64,000 bases of DNA from Camelus dromedarius (lineage: Eukaryota), in NCBI RefSeq assembly GCF_036321535.1, contig NC_087437.1:49230001-49294000 (forward strand), given 5' to 3'. How positions within the stretch are numbered: position 1 is the first letter of the stretch; each line of letters begins with the position of its first letter. A program made the position numbers and the translations under genes. The notes beneath the pieces were generated by a model, which was not told the DNA's origin, searched no databases, and saw only the letters and a program-made list of their open reading frames with translations. Below are positions 24,926 through 37,504 of this stretch, one piece after another.

Positions 24926-26035
24926 GGGGGGGGGGGTGTTCTCCTGGAGACTGTGTGTTCTTAATGAGAAGTCTTTCTGTCTTCGCCCTGTTTCGCAAGC
25001 TCAGCTTGCTGTTTCCAGAGGCCCTCCGTTGGCACCCTCGTCTGTGCTGCTCCCAGTGCCTGTCAGCAAGCAGATTGTGCCCCCTCCCCGCACAGCGTTC
25101 CTGCCGGAAAGGCGGGGGGCCACCCACCATCTCCTGGTGCCGGTAGCTCCACGGCTCTGTGCCGCTGCACGCTCCGTCACTCTGTGCACTCTGCCTTAGA
25201 ACAGCCCCGCCCCTGCTGTGTGTCCAAACTCAGCTCCTTGTTTGTCCTGGAGGCGCGAACTTTGTGAGGCACCAGGGCGGAAGGATCCTATCTGACTCAG
25301 GCTGCAAGCAGGTCACTGTCTGGCCTTTGAGGCTGCCCAGCCCCCAGGCGCGTATTCAGGTTTCGCCCCCGCCCCTACCTGGGTGCAAAGCTATGGAGGA
25401 TATGGTTGCCATGCCTGAGCCCCGCCTCTCGTCGCCGAAAACCTTCCGTGGGTTTTCAGATATGGGGGTATGCACCCTTCCCCCCAGGGCACATCAGCCG
25501 TGCTGTTTCATGGAGGGCCCAGGTTGTTCTGCCATGTGCACCCATTCATCCACGTTGCGCAGCCCCCTGCCTCAACGCAGCTGTCTCTGTCCTCCACCTG
25601 GCTCAGGCAGCCTGTCCCGGCCCCCAGCTCCCAGCTGGGGTCTCCGGCTGGGTGTCGCAGGGATCATCTGTGCCCTTTGACTTAGTTCTGTCGGTCAAGG
25701 GCTGCTCAGTACAGATCCGAGCCTTGGAGGCTCCCCCTCTGTCCCGCTGGCCTCTCCATTGGAGAGGGGGAGACCCAGCGAACAAGTGCAAGTTGTCCTT
25801 TGCCGCTCCTTCCCCGTGGGACCCGTCCCGCAGTGTTCTGCCTTTTCGTCTTTCTGTTTTTCCTTTCTCCTACCAGATTTTTGGCGTCTTTGTCTTTTGA
25901 AGAGGACGGTGTTCTTTGGGAGTTCAGCAGGTGCTCTGGTTGGCTGAGTGGGTCCGTGGATGTGCGTCTTGGTGTATCTGTGGGAGAGGGTGAGCTACGA
26001 GCATCCTACTACAACACCATCTTGGCCCCGTCTCA
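24926..26035 (-). promoter_or_regulatory. L1 internal promoter region (CpG-island-like) with decayed YY1 site
   Basis: The only extended GC/CpG-rich stretch in the window; CCAAGATGGTG at 26025-26015 matches the L1 5'-terminal YY1 motif CAAGATGGCG after a CpG transition. Confidence 0.75.
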
Positions 26036-26059
26036 AGCTTTCCAATGTTAAAAGCAGTT

Positions 26060-26200
26060 AATCTCAATAATTCTGTTAGAGTTTTTTTAATCCTTATTTT
26101 ACGAAAGAGGAAACTTAGGCTTCAAAAAGTAGTTACTTGCCTAGAATCTCACATGCAGTATGTGATAGAGATGGAATTCAAACTCAGACAGGTCTTCTGA
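26060..26200 (-). mobile_element. MIR SINE remnant
   Basis: TATTTTACGAAAGAGGAAACTTAGGCTTC...ACTTGCCTAGAATCTCACA...GGAATTCAAACTCAG. Confidence 0.7.
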
Positions 26201-26959
26201 AACCGTATTTGGTATTCTGTTTATTATACAAGTCAAAAAAGATACTGTATCATTCTACATTGGACTACCTCCACTTCCGTCCTCTGCTTCTCCCTTCTGT
26301 CAGTTGGGTTTCCTGGGCTTTACATTAATAGAATTGAACCAAAATCACTCTCAGTGTCTCAAGCAGGACTTAATGTTCAGTCTTTTGGTAGGACATCAAT
26401 TTCTCATTTGGTCTTTAGTCCCAATAGATTCAACATTTGAAATGTTGACAAGAGTAAATCAGGTTACTGTTGAAAGCTGTAGAATTTTTCTAAGAAATCA
26501 TCTTAAACTTCAGTAAGATGAAAGAATGTTTTTACTTCAATAAGATTGTAGATCTAAATTTCTCTTCATCTTAAAATTTCACAGTGCTTCAAGTCCACAT
26601 TAACAATTCACACTTCAAGTTTGATTAAAACATGGATTCAATTTTTTGATGTCAAAATTTCTGGGTAGTCAAGAAGAGAAAATTTTTTTAGGTATCCTCA
26701 GGTGCAAATAGAGAAATGCTTTTTTTTCCTTTTTCAGTTTTATTAGGTAGAATTATTATAGAAATGCAAAATGCGAAAGTTAAATCACATTTAGGTCTAT
26801 ATTTAATGAATACCTTTAAATAAAAAATTGTGGTTTTCACCAAAAAAAAAAAAAAAACCCTCTGATTTATGACCAATAAAAAATGTTTTGTGCTGTCATA
26901 AGCTGTGGAATTATAAGTGCCTTGAGATCAGGGTGCATTTCATTCCTTTATAAATCTTA

Positions 26960-27790
26960 TTTTTCTAATTATAAAAATAGTATCTATATACTTCAAGCAA
27001 CATAGGAAATATAGATAAATGTAAATTAAAAATAAAAATGATTGGCATTCCCTCCACTCAGATATACTACTGTAAATATTGCAGAATGTCTTTTCAGACT
27101 TTTTTCTATACATTTACACCAGACATAAACAAATAGTTTGTAGCTTGTATTTATTTATTTTTTAATTTAACAGCATATTTATAAAGCATTTCTGTCTCAT
27201 TAAATGTTCTTTGCAGCATAATTTTTAATGGGACATTATTTCCTTCTTTTGGGCATTTTATACCATATTCAATCTCCTTTTTTCCTGACATTGAAATTAT
27301 TTTGTGTTCCTACCATTATGAATAGAGTTGTCATAAACATTTCTATATTTCTACACATCCATAATTGTTTCCTCATGATAAATTTCTAGGATTGGAATTA
27401 CTATGTTAGAAGTATAAGACATTAAGGCTTTTGATTCATATTGTAAAATTGCTCTCAATAAAGGTACTATCAAGTTGCACTCCCACCAGCAATTCAGAGA
27501 ACTGATTTCCCAGCACCCTCACCATCACTACTATCATTTTTTTTAAAAAAATGCCAGATTGATAGATGAAAAATAGTATTTTATTACTGTTTGAATATGC
27601 ATTTCATTGACTGCTACTGAAGATGAGCATTTTTTAAGATGAAATTTTTTACATGATAATTGAGCACTTACTTACAATTATCCTTTTAGAAATTTTCTCT
27701 TTTTGCCCTTTGTTCATTTTCCCCATGTTGATCTGTTTCTTATTGATTCATAAGAACTCTTTTTATGTTAAGAATATTATGACCCCTTCC
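26960..27790 (-). mobile_element. Very old L1 (L1ME-type) 3' fragment
   Basis: GATAAATTTCTAGGATTGGAATTA...TTGCACTCCCACCAGCAA...TGCATTTCATTGACTGCTACTGAAGATGAGCAT. Confidence 0.7.
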
Positions 27791-30700
27791 ATGGCGCTGC
27801 TCAAGCTGGCAAGCAGGCTTGCTGTGGCCAGGTACATTCCCCACTGCTAGTGGCCCTGCCAAAGCTGGCAAACATGGAGTCCACACAGGGGATGTCCCTT
27901 GAATGCCTGGCACTGGTGGCCAAGGGCTTGCATTTCTGGGACCCAGAGTACTGAAACAGTTGGAGAGAGAGTTCTTGACAGGCTCCCACCCACAAGGCAC
28001 CACAGGGACAGCAGACTGAAACACACCCCTAGTCTTCCTGTGACCACTCCTTCAAGACTAGGAGAGGTATTATTTTGCCTAATACAAAAACAAACAAACA
28101 AACAAAACACAGAGACAAAACAACATGAGGAAATGGAGGAATATGTTCTAAATGAAAGAATAAGAGAAAACTGCAGGGGGAAAAAAAACTTAGTGTAATG
28201 GAGATAAATGATTTACCTGATAAAAAGTTTAGAGTGATCAAGAAGTGTTCAAAATGGTGATTAAGGTATTAAGCTCCTCCCACAAACACACCAAAGCTAC
28301 AGATACATAATGAACATTTCTCTCTAAAAAAGATCTTTAGACTGAGAAAACAGCTCTTTCACAACAAGAAACAAAAAAAGATGAGGGGGGAGCCACATTG
28401 AGACAGCCAGAAAGAACAGACTCATAGTATTGCCAGGACCCCTGCCACCAGCACAGCAACCCAAGTGGGAGGGGTATCACAAATACAGAGCTCCTTTCTG
28501 AGGAGCAAGGGATTTGAGCTACATATTGGATGCCTCAGCCTACGGGACCTGCACTGGAAAGGTGAGCCCCTAAAATGACTGGCTTCGAAAACCTGCAAGG
28601 CTTATGTCTGAGAGAGCCAGAGGGCTGTAAGAAACTGAGAGTCTTCTTCTGAAGGGCTCACACACAGACTCACGAGCTCTTAGTCCCAAGGCAGAGACAG
28701 TAGCTTGAGAATTTCCTGGGCTAAAAATATAAAAATAGTAAAATTAACTAAAACTACAGTAGTTAAGGGATTTATAAAATAGAAAGATATAAAATGAGGC
28801 ATCAAATGTAAAACAATGTAGGGGAGAAGGTAAAATTTTGGAATGTGTTTAACAATAAGGTGCTATCATTTAAAATAGATCATATATAGGATGTTATAGG
28901 TAAACCTCATGGAAACCACAAAGCAAATATTCATAGTAAATATGCAAAAGAAAATGAGAAAGGAATCTGAGCATAACAGTAAAGAAAGCCATCAAACCAC
29001 AATGGAAGAGAAGGAGAAGAAGAAAGGAATAGGGAGCAACTACACAAACAGCCACAAAACAATTAACAAATGGCAGTAATACATTGAAGCAATAATTACT
29101 TTAACTGTAAATGGACAAAACTCTCCAATCGAAAGACATAGAGCGGCTGAGTGAATAAAAAACAGGACCCATTTATATGGAACCTATAAGAGACTCACTT
29201 CAGAAGTAAGGACACACAGAGACCGAAAATGAAGGGATGGAAAATGATATTCTATGCAAATGGAAACAAAAATAGAGCTGGTCTAGTTATACTCACATCA
29301 GATAAAATAGACTTTAACACAAAGACTGTAATGAAAATCAAAGGAGAGTATTGCCTAATGATAAAGGAGTCAATCCAGCAAGAAGATAAAACATTTATAA
29401 GTATATAAACACCCAACATAGGAACACCAAAATATATAAAACAAATATTAAAAGACTTAAAGGGAGGAATTGACAGCAATACAATAACAGTAGGGGGCTT
29501 TAACATTTCAAATCAATGGCTAGATCATCTAGACAGAAAATCAATAAGGAAATGTGGATCTTAAATGAAATGACCTTAAATGACATGCTAGACCAGATAG
29601 ACTTGATAGATACATGTGAAATATTTCATCCAAAAGCAGCAGGATACAAATTCTTCTCAAGTGTACATGGAACATTCTCCAGGATAGATCATATGTTAAG
29701 CCACAAAATAGGTATTAATAAATTTTAAAAGACTGAAATTCTTTCAAGCATCACCTCTGACCACAGTGATATGAAACTAGAAATCAATTACAAAAAGAAA
29801 ACTGAAATATTGCAAATGTATGGAGATTAAAGAACATGCTGCTGAATAATCAATGGCTCACTGAAGAATCAAAAAAAGGAATAAAAAATATAGAGAGACA
29901 AATGAATACAGAATACAATATACCAAAATCTATAGGATATGGCAAAAGTAGTTCTAAGAGGGAAATGCATATCAATACAGAACAAACTCAGCAAATCAGA
30001 AAAATCTCATAAGAACAATCTAACATTATACCTACAGAAACTAGAAAAAGAAGAACAAATGAAGCCCAAAATTAGTAGAAGGAAGGGAATAAAGATCAAA
30101 GTAGAAAAAAAGTGAAATAGAGACTAAAAAAATGAAAAGATCAACAAAACTAAGGGCTGGTTCTTTGAAAAGATAAACCAAATTGTCCAACCTTAAGCTA
30201 GACTAGTCAAAATGAAAAGAGATAGGGCTCATGTAAACAAAATAAGAAAGGAAAGAGGAGAAGTTACAACTGACACCACAGAAATATGAAGGATCATGAA
30301 ACTTCTGTGAACAATTTTATGACAACAAATTGTACAACCTAGAAGAAATGGATAAATTTCTCAAAACACAGTCTTTTCATAAAAAAAGAAAATCTGAATA
30401 AATCTGAATAGACTGATTACTAGCAAGAATATTGAATCAGCATTCAAAAACCTCCCAATAACTGAAAGTCCAGGAATGGATGGTTTTACTGGTGAATTCT
30501 ATCAAGCATTCTGGGAAGATTTACTACCTATCCTTCAAAAACTGTTCAAAAAGTTTGAAGAGGAAGGAACACTTTCAAACTTTTTTTGTAAGGTCAACCA
30601 AAACCAGATAAGGACAGTACAAAAAAAAGAAAATTATAAGTCAATATCCTTAATGAACATAGATGCAAAAATCCTCAACAAAATATTGGCTTACCAAATT

Positions 30701-31450
30701 CAACAATACATTAAAAGGATCATTTAGTCATGATTTATTTTTAGGATTCATTCCAGGGTAGCAAGTATGGTTCAATATCCACAAATTAATCAACATGATA
30801 TACCACAGTAACGAAATAAAGGCTAAAAACCATATGATTATCTCACTAGATGCAGAAAAGCATTTGACAAAATTGAGCATCCGTTTATTAGAAAAACTCT
30901 CAACAAAGTAGGTACACAGGGAACATACCTCAACATGATAGAAGCTGTAGATTACAAACCTACAGGTAACACTAGACTCAACTATGAAAAGCTAAAGTCT
31001 TTTCCTCTAAGATTAGGCATAAGACAGGATACCCACTCTTGCCACTTTTATTAAACACTGTGTTAGAAGTCCCAGCCACAGCAATCAGGCAGAAAGGAAG
31101 GAACAAAGAACTGAAGGAAAGAAGGCATTCAGATTGGAAAGGAAGAAGTAAAACTGTCACTATTTGCAGATGACAAGATGCTTTAAGAAGAAAATCCTAA
31201 AGACTGCACCAAAAAGCTGTTAGAACTAAGAAACACATTCAGTAAGGTTTCAGAATACAAAATCAATATACAAAAATTTGTTTCATTTTTATACACTAAC
31301 AACAAACTGTCCAAAAGAGAAATTAAGAAAACAATCCCATCTACAATTACATAAGGAAGAATAAAATACTTAGGAATAAATTTAACCAAGGAGGTGAAAG
31401 ACTTGTGCACTGAAAACGATAAGACACTGAGGAAAGAAACTGAAGAAGAG
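27790..31450 (+). mobile_element. Rearranged older L1: 5' UTR pieces, ORF1 start, spacer and decayed ORF2 (EN to RT)
   Basis: ORF2 remnant from ~29069 with FFSSVHGTFSRIDH, DGFTGEFYQ, NIDAKILNKILA and TTTGCAGATGAC (FADD); 5' UTR-like segment 28250-28720 resembles 31510-31960. Confidence 0.85.
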
Positions 31451-31506
31451 ATACAGCTTCAAGTGAAATTACACTTAGGTGAAATAGAAAATTGTGGAGG
31501 TTTTGT

Positions 31507-33593
31507 TGGGAGGCAGGTGGAATCAAGATGATGGAGTAGGAAGACCCTGAGCTCACCTCCCCTAACAAACACATCAAACTATGTATAGAGCAACTCTCTC
31601 TGAGAATGACATGAAGACTAGCATAATAGCTTTTCTACAACCAAGATTATAAAGAAGGAACCTCACAGAGTCTTGTAGTAGGAGGGGAGAAGTGATCTAG
31701 TCAGGACCTATACCACTGGTGGGTGACCCAGAAGAGGGGGGGATATCATCTGGGATCTTGCTAAGGGGTGAGAGGCTCAAGCCCCACACTGGGCACCCAA
31801 GGCATGGGGTCTGCACCAGGAAGATTAACCCCTTGGCTGGTTGGAAAACCAGTGGGGCTTACCAGAGATCTGTAGGAAACTGAGACTCTGGTCTTCAAGG
31901 GTGCATGCACAGAACTGCTTGCTCCCAGTCCCCCTGCAGAAACAATAAATTGAAAACTTCCTGGTACTCTGGCTGGCCAGAGGACCACCCAAGCATGCTC
32001 CCCCAGCCTGCACGAGGCTTCTGCTCCAGCTCCTTTTTCTCCACCCTATTCTTGGCCAAGGTAGAGAACACCATGGCATGCACCAGGAAGAAGCAAAGCT
32101 AGCACAGAACTGTGGCTCCAGCCCCTTGGCCCTGGCCCCACCCCCAACCAACATAGAGACCATCATCACTCTGAGGAGAAGCCCAACTCCCTCAGGACTC
32201 CTGCTGTAGCCCCTCAGGCCCTCGCTATGCCCCCTCAATGTGGCGTTGACTACCATCTTGCCTGGGAGAAGCCCTGGCTTTCACCAGACTCCAGTTCTAG
32301 CCCCACTAACTCCAGCCCTACATTCCACCAAGGTGGCAACTGCCAGCACACCCTGGTAGAACAGTAGAGGAACACAGTGAGGAATTCAACAAAGAACTAG
32401 AAAATATAAAAAAGAACCAATCAGCATTGAAGAAATAAAGCTGAAATGAAAAATACACTAGAAGAAGTTAACAACAGATTAGGTGACACAGAAGAATGCA
32501 TATGCTACCTGGTAAGCAGAATACTGGAAATCACTCAATCAGAACAGCAAAATTTAAAAAAAATTAAGAAGGATAGTGTAAGGGACCTCTGGGACAAGAT
32601 CAAGCATACTAACATTCTCATTATAGGGGTCCCAAAAGGAGAAGAGAGAGAGAAAGGGCCAGAAAATATATTTGATGAAACTGTGGCTGAAAACTTTCCT
32701 AACTTGAAGAAGGAAACAGATATCCAGGTACAGGAATCATAGAGAGTCCCAAACAAGATGAAGCTAAGGAGACCCACTCCAAGACATATCATACTTAAAA
32801 TAGCAAAAGTTAAAGTGAGAATTCTAAAGGCAGCAAGAGAAAAACAAAGAGTAATATACAAGGGAACCACAATAAGGCCATCAAGTGATTTTTTCTGCAG
32901 AAATTTTGCAGGCCAGAAGGTAGTGGCAAGATATAATTACAGAACTGAAAGGAAAAAACCTACAACCAAGGATAATCTACCCTGCAAGGCTGTCGTTCAG
33001 TTTGAGAGATGAGGCGTATCCCACACAAACAAAAACTGAAAGAGCTCATCACCACTAATCAGCCTTAAAAGAAACAGCAAAGAATCTTCTTTAAGCAAAA
33101 AATGAAGACCATAACAAGAAAAAATATAAGAGAAAAATAACCTCACTATAGATAGAGGAAAAAATCCTCACTTGCAACATTGCAGTAGATCAATCACTAA
33201 AAAGTTAGTATGAACATTCAAAGACAAGTCATAAAATCAACTATACAATAAGTAGTTAAGGATACACAAAAAATGTAAAATAGGATGTCAAAACCAAAAT
33301 GTCAGGGAGTAAGAAATGTAGAGCTTTTACAATGTGTTTGAACTTGAATGACAGTTTAAAGCAAATAAATATAAATATATAGATCAATATATTTGAGCCT
33401 CATGATAACTATAAACCAAAAACCTACAATAGATATATAGGAAAACAAAGAGAAAGGAAACCAAGCATAACAATAAAGAAAATCATCAAACTATGAGGGA
33501 AAAGACTAAAATAACAAAGAAAGAACTACCAAAACAAACACACACGGAAAATAAGTAACAAAACGGCAGTAGGCACATAGCTATCAATAATTA
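31507..33593 (+). mobile_element. 5' portion of an older L1 (5' UTR, decayed ORF1, spacer, first codons of ORF2)
   Basis: Starts GGGAGGCAGGTGGAATCAAGATG...CCCTGAGCTCACCTCC; ORF1 remnants DLWDKIKHTNILIIGVPKGEE, PTPRHIILK, AAREKQ; stops at CTATCAATAATTA. Confidence 0.88.
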
Positions 33594-34068
33594 TTTTTTT
33601 TATTTTACTTGTTGAAATATAGATGATTTACAATGTTGTGTTAGTTTCCAGTGTACAGCAAAGTGATTCAGTTTTATATATGCATATATATATTTATTTA
33701 TTCTTTTTTAGATTCTTTTCCATTATAGTTTATTACAAGATATTGAGTATAGTTCCCTGTGCTATACAGTAGGTCCTTGTTGTTCATATATTGTATATGT
33801 GGTAGGTTGTATCTACTGATCTCAAACTCATAATTTGTTCCTCCCCACTCTTCCCCTTTGGTAACCATAAGTTTGTTTTCTATGTCTGTGAGTCTGTTTT
33901 GTTATCTAAATAAGTTCTTTGTATCATTTTTTAGACTCCACATATAAGTGATATCATATGATATTTGTCTTTGTCTGACTTACTTAGTATGATAATCTCT
34001 AGGTTCATCCATGTTGTTGCAAATGGCAAGATTTCATTCTTTTTTATGACTGAATAATATAATATATG

Positions 34069-34102
<34 letters not shown>

Positions 34103-37100
34103 CCCCCAAGTTGTCTCTATTCATTCATCTGTTGATGGACACTTTGGTTGTTTCCGTGTTTTGGCTACTGTAAATATGCTGCAGTAAACATAGTGATATC
34201 TTTTCAAATTACTGTTTTCATATTCTTTGGGTAAATACCCAGAAGTGGAATGTTGGATCATATGATAGTTCCATTTTTAAGTTTTTGAGGAACCTCGATA
34301 CTCTTTTCTTCAGCACCTGAACCAACTGACATTCCTAACAACAGTGTAGGAGGGTTCACATTTCTCCACACCCTGTGCAGCATTTATTGTTTATAGACTT
34401 CTTGATACTACTGTCTATTCAGACTGGTGTGAGGTGAACCTCATTGTAGTAGATTTGCATTTCTCTTAATAGTGATGTTGAGCATCTTTTCATTTGTCTG
34501 TTGGCCATCTGTATGTCTTCTTTGGAGAAATGTCTATTTAGGTCTTTTGCCCACTTTTTGATTGGGTTGGTTGGGTTGTTTTGTTTGTTTGTTTGTTTTG
34601 TTTTTTGATACTGAGTTGTATGAGCTGTTTGCATATTTTGGAAATTAAGCCCTTGTCAGCCACATCATTTGCAAATATTTTCTCCCAGTGCATAGGTTGT
34701 CTTTTCATTGTTTTATGGTTTCCTTTGTTGTGCAAAAGCTTTTCAAGTTTGATTAAATCCCATTTGTTTATTTGTGCTTTTATGTCCATTGTTTTGGGAG
34801 ACAGACTTAAGAAAACATTGCTAAGATTTACATCAGAGAATGTTTTGTCTATGTTCCCTTCTAGGAGTTTTATGGTGACATGTCTTGTATTTAAGTTGTT
34901 AAACCATTTTGAGTTTATATTTGTGTATGGCATGAGTTAGTGTTCTAACTTCATTGATTTACATGCAGCTGTCCAGCTTCCCCAGCACCACTTGCTGAAG
35001 AGACTGTCTTTACCCCAATGTAATAGGTATTCTTGCCTCCTTTGTCAAAGATTAATTGACAGTAGGTATGTGGGTTTATTTCTGGCCTCTCTTTCTGTTC
35101 CACTAATCCATATGTCTGTTTTTGTGCCAATACCATGCTGTTTGATTACTGTAGCTCTGTAGTATTGTCTGAAGTCTGGGAGGGTTATTCCTCCAGCTTT
35201 GTTCTTTTTCCTCAGGATCACTTTGGCAATTCTGGATCTTTTGTGGTTCCCATACAAATTTTAGAATTATTTGTTCTAATTCTGTGAAAAATGTCATGGG
35301 TAATTTAATAAGGATCACACTAAAGCTGTAGATAGCTTTGCATAGTATGGCCATTTTAAACAATATTAATTCTTCCAATCCAAGAGCATGGAATATCTTT
35401 CCATATCTTTGAATCATCTTAAATTTCCTTTATCAATGTTTTATAGTTCTTACCATATAAGTCTTTCACCTCCTTGGTCAGTTTATTCCTATGTATTTCA
35501 TTTTTTTTGATGCAATTTTAAAGGGGATTTTTAAAAAAACTTTCCCTTTCTGATATTTCATTGTTAGTGTAAAGAAATGCAACAGGTTTCTTTGTGTTAA
35601 TCTTATATCCTGCTACCTTTCTAAGTTTATTTATTAGTTCTAGTAGTTTTTAGGTGGAGTTTCTAGAGTTTTCTATGTATAGTACTATGTTATCTGCAAA
35701 TAATGACAACTTTACCTCTTTCTTTATAATTTGGATCCCTTTTATTTCTTCTTCTAGCCTGATTACTGTGGCTAAGACTTCCAATACTATGTTGAATAGA
35801 AGTGGTGAGAGTGGACATCTTTGTCTTGTTCCAGAGTTTAGTGGGAAGGCTTTCAGTTTTTCACTGTTGAGAGTTATGTTGGCTGGGGGTTTGTCATAAA
35901 TAACTTTTATTGTGTTGAGATATAGTCCCTCTATACCTACTTTGGTAAGAGTTTTTATCATAAATAGATATTGAATGTTATCAAATGCTTTTTCTGCATC
36001 TATTGAGATGATCATGTGGTTTTATCTTTTCTTTTGTTGATGTGATTGGTGTATCACATTGATTGATTTGCATATGTTGTGCCATACTTGTGACCCTGAG
36101 GTGAGTCCAACTTGATCATGATGTATAACCTTTTTAAGGTGTTGTTGGATTCTGTTTGCTAATATTTTTTTTGAGAATTTTTACATCTATATGTATCAAA
36201 CACATTGGTTTATAATTTTCTTTTGTGGTAATGTCTTTCATAGTGTCTTTTTTGGTTTTGAAATCAGGGTGATGATGGCTCCATAGAATGACTTTGGGAG
36301 TGTTCCTTCCTCTTCAGTCTTCTGGAAGAGTTTGAGAAGGATTGGTATAAGTTCTTTGTATGTTTGGTAGAATTCCCCAGTGAAGCAATCTGGTCCTGGA
36401 CTTTTGTTTGCAGGAGTTTTAAAATTATAGATTCTATTTCACTTCTAGTGATTTGTCTGTTCAAATCACTAATTTTTTCTTGATTCAGTTTTGGTGGAAT
36501 GTATGTTCCTAGAAACTTGTCCATTTCTTCTCAGTTGTCCAATTTTTTGGTATGTAACTATTTATAGTATTCTCTTATGATTTTTTTTGTATACCTGTAG
36601 TATCATTTATAATTTCTCCTCTTTCATTTCTCATTTTGTTTATTTGGGTCCTCTTTCTTTTCTTCTTGGTGAGCCTAGCCAGAGATTTGTCAATTTTGTT
36701 TACCCTTTCAAAAAATGAGCTCTTTGTTTTTATTGATTTTTTCTATTGTTCTTAAATCTCAATATGATTTATTTCTTCTCTGATCTTTATTATTTCCTTC
36801 TGCTGACTTTCAGTTTTATTTGTTCTTCTTATTCTAATGTTTTTAGGTGGTAGGTTAGGTTGTTTATTTGAGATTGTTCTTGTTTTTTGAGGAAGGCCTG
36901 TATTGCTATGAAATCCCCTTGTAGGAGTGCTTTTACTGCATCCCACAGATTTTGTGTAATTGTGCTTTCATTGCCATTTGTTTCAAAGTATTTTCAAATG
37001 TCCTCTTTGATTTCTTCATTGGCCCATTGGTTTTTTAGTAGCATATTGTTTAGTCTTCATGTAATTTTTATTTCTCATTTCTCTTTCTGTGGTGGGTCTC

Positions 37101-37500
37101 TAGTTGCATGCCATTGTGGTCAGAAAAAGATAGTTGAACTAATTTTTATCCTCTAAAATTTGTTAAGGTTTGTTTTGTGTCCTAGTATGTCGTCTATCCT
37201 AGAGAATGTTCCATGTGCACTTGAAAAAAATGAGTATTCTGGAGAGCTTTTGGATGTAATGTCCTGAAAATATCAAGTAAGTCTAACTGTTCAATTGTGT
37301 CATTTAGTATTTCTGTTGCCTTACTGATTTTCTGTCTGGAAAATCTGTCCTTTGATGTCAGTAAGGTGTTAAAGTCTTCTACAATTATTATCCCCATAAT
37401 TTCTCCTCTTATGTCTGTTGGTATTTGTTTTGTGCATTTAGGTATTCCTATAGTGAGTGCGCATATGTTAACAAGTGTATCATCCTTTTCTTGTATTGAT
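33594..37500 (-). mobile_element. 5'-truncated cetartiodactyl-type L1 (~3.9 kb) inserted antisense into the preceding L1
   Basis: Own poly(A) and 3' UTR (GTTGAAATATAGATGATTTACAATGTTGTGTTAGTTTC); ORF2 remnants [40 protein letters not shown]; truncated within EN. Confidence 0.92.
34076..34101. repeat. (CA)n microsatellite in an L1 3' region
   Basis: Perfect CA run. Confidence 0.9.
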
Positions 37501-37504
37501 ATTT

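Larger units (their letters stand above)
18511..26035 (-). mobile_element. Full-length lineage-specific LINE-1 (~7.5 kb), retrotransposition-incompetent
   Basis: TSD AGCTTTCCAA at 18501-18510 and 26036-26045 (right copy runs on into TGTT/AAAA, an EN-like site); decayed poly(A), 3' UTR, fragmented ORF2, 372-bp spacer, intact ORF1 and CpG-rich 5' UTR starting GAGACGGGGCCAAGATGG. Confidence 0.97.

Noticed and set aside
24936..26051. Overlapping + strand ORFs antisense to the L1 5' UTR, including a 71-aa ATG ORF at 25470-25685 reminiscent of primate ORF0
   Set aside because: GC-rich sequence is stop-poor in all frames, there is no recognisable similarity to ORF0, and the length match is probably coincidence.
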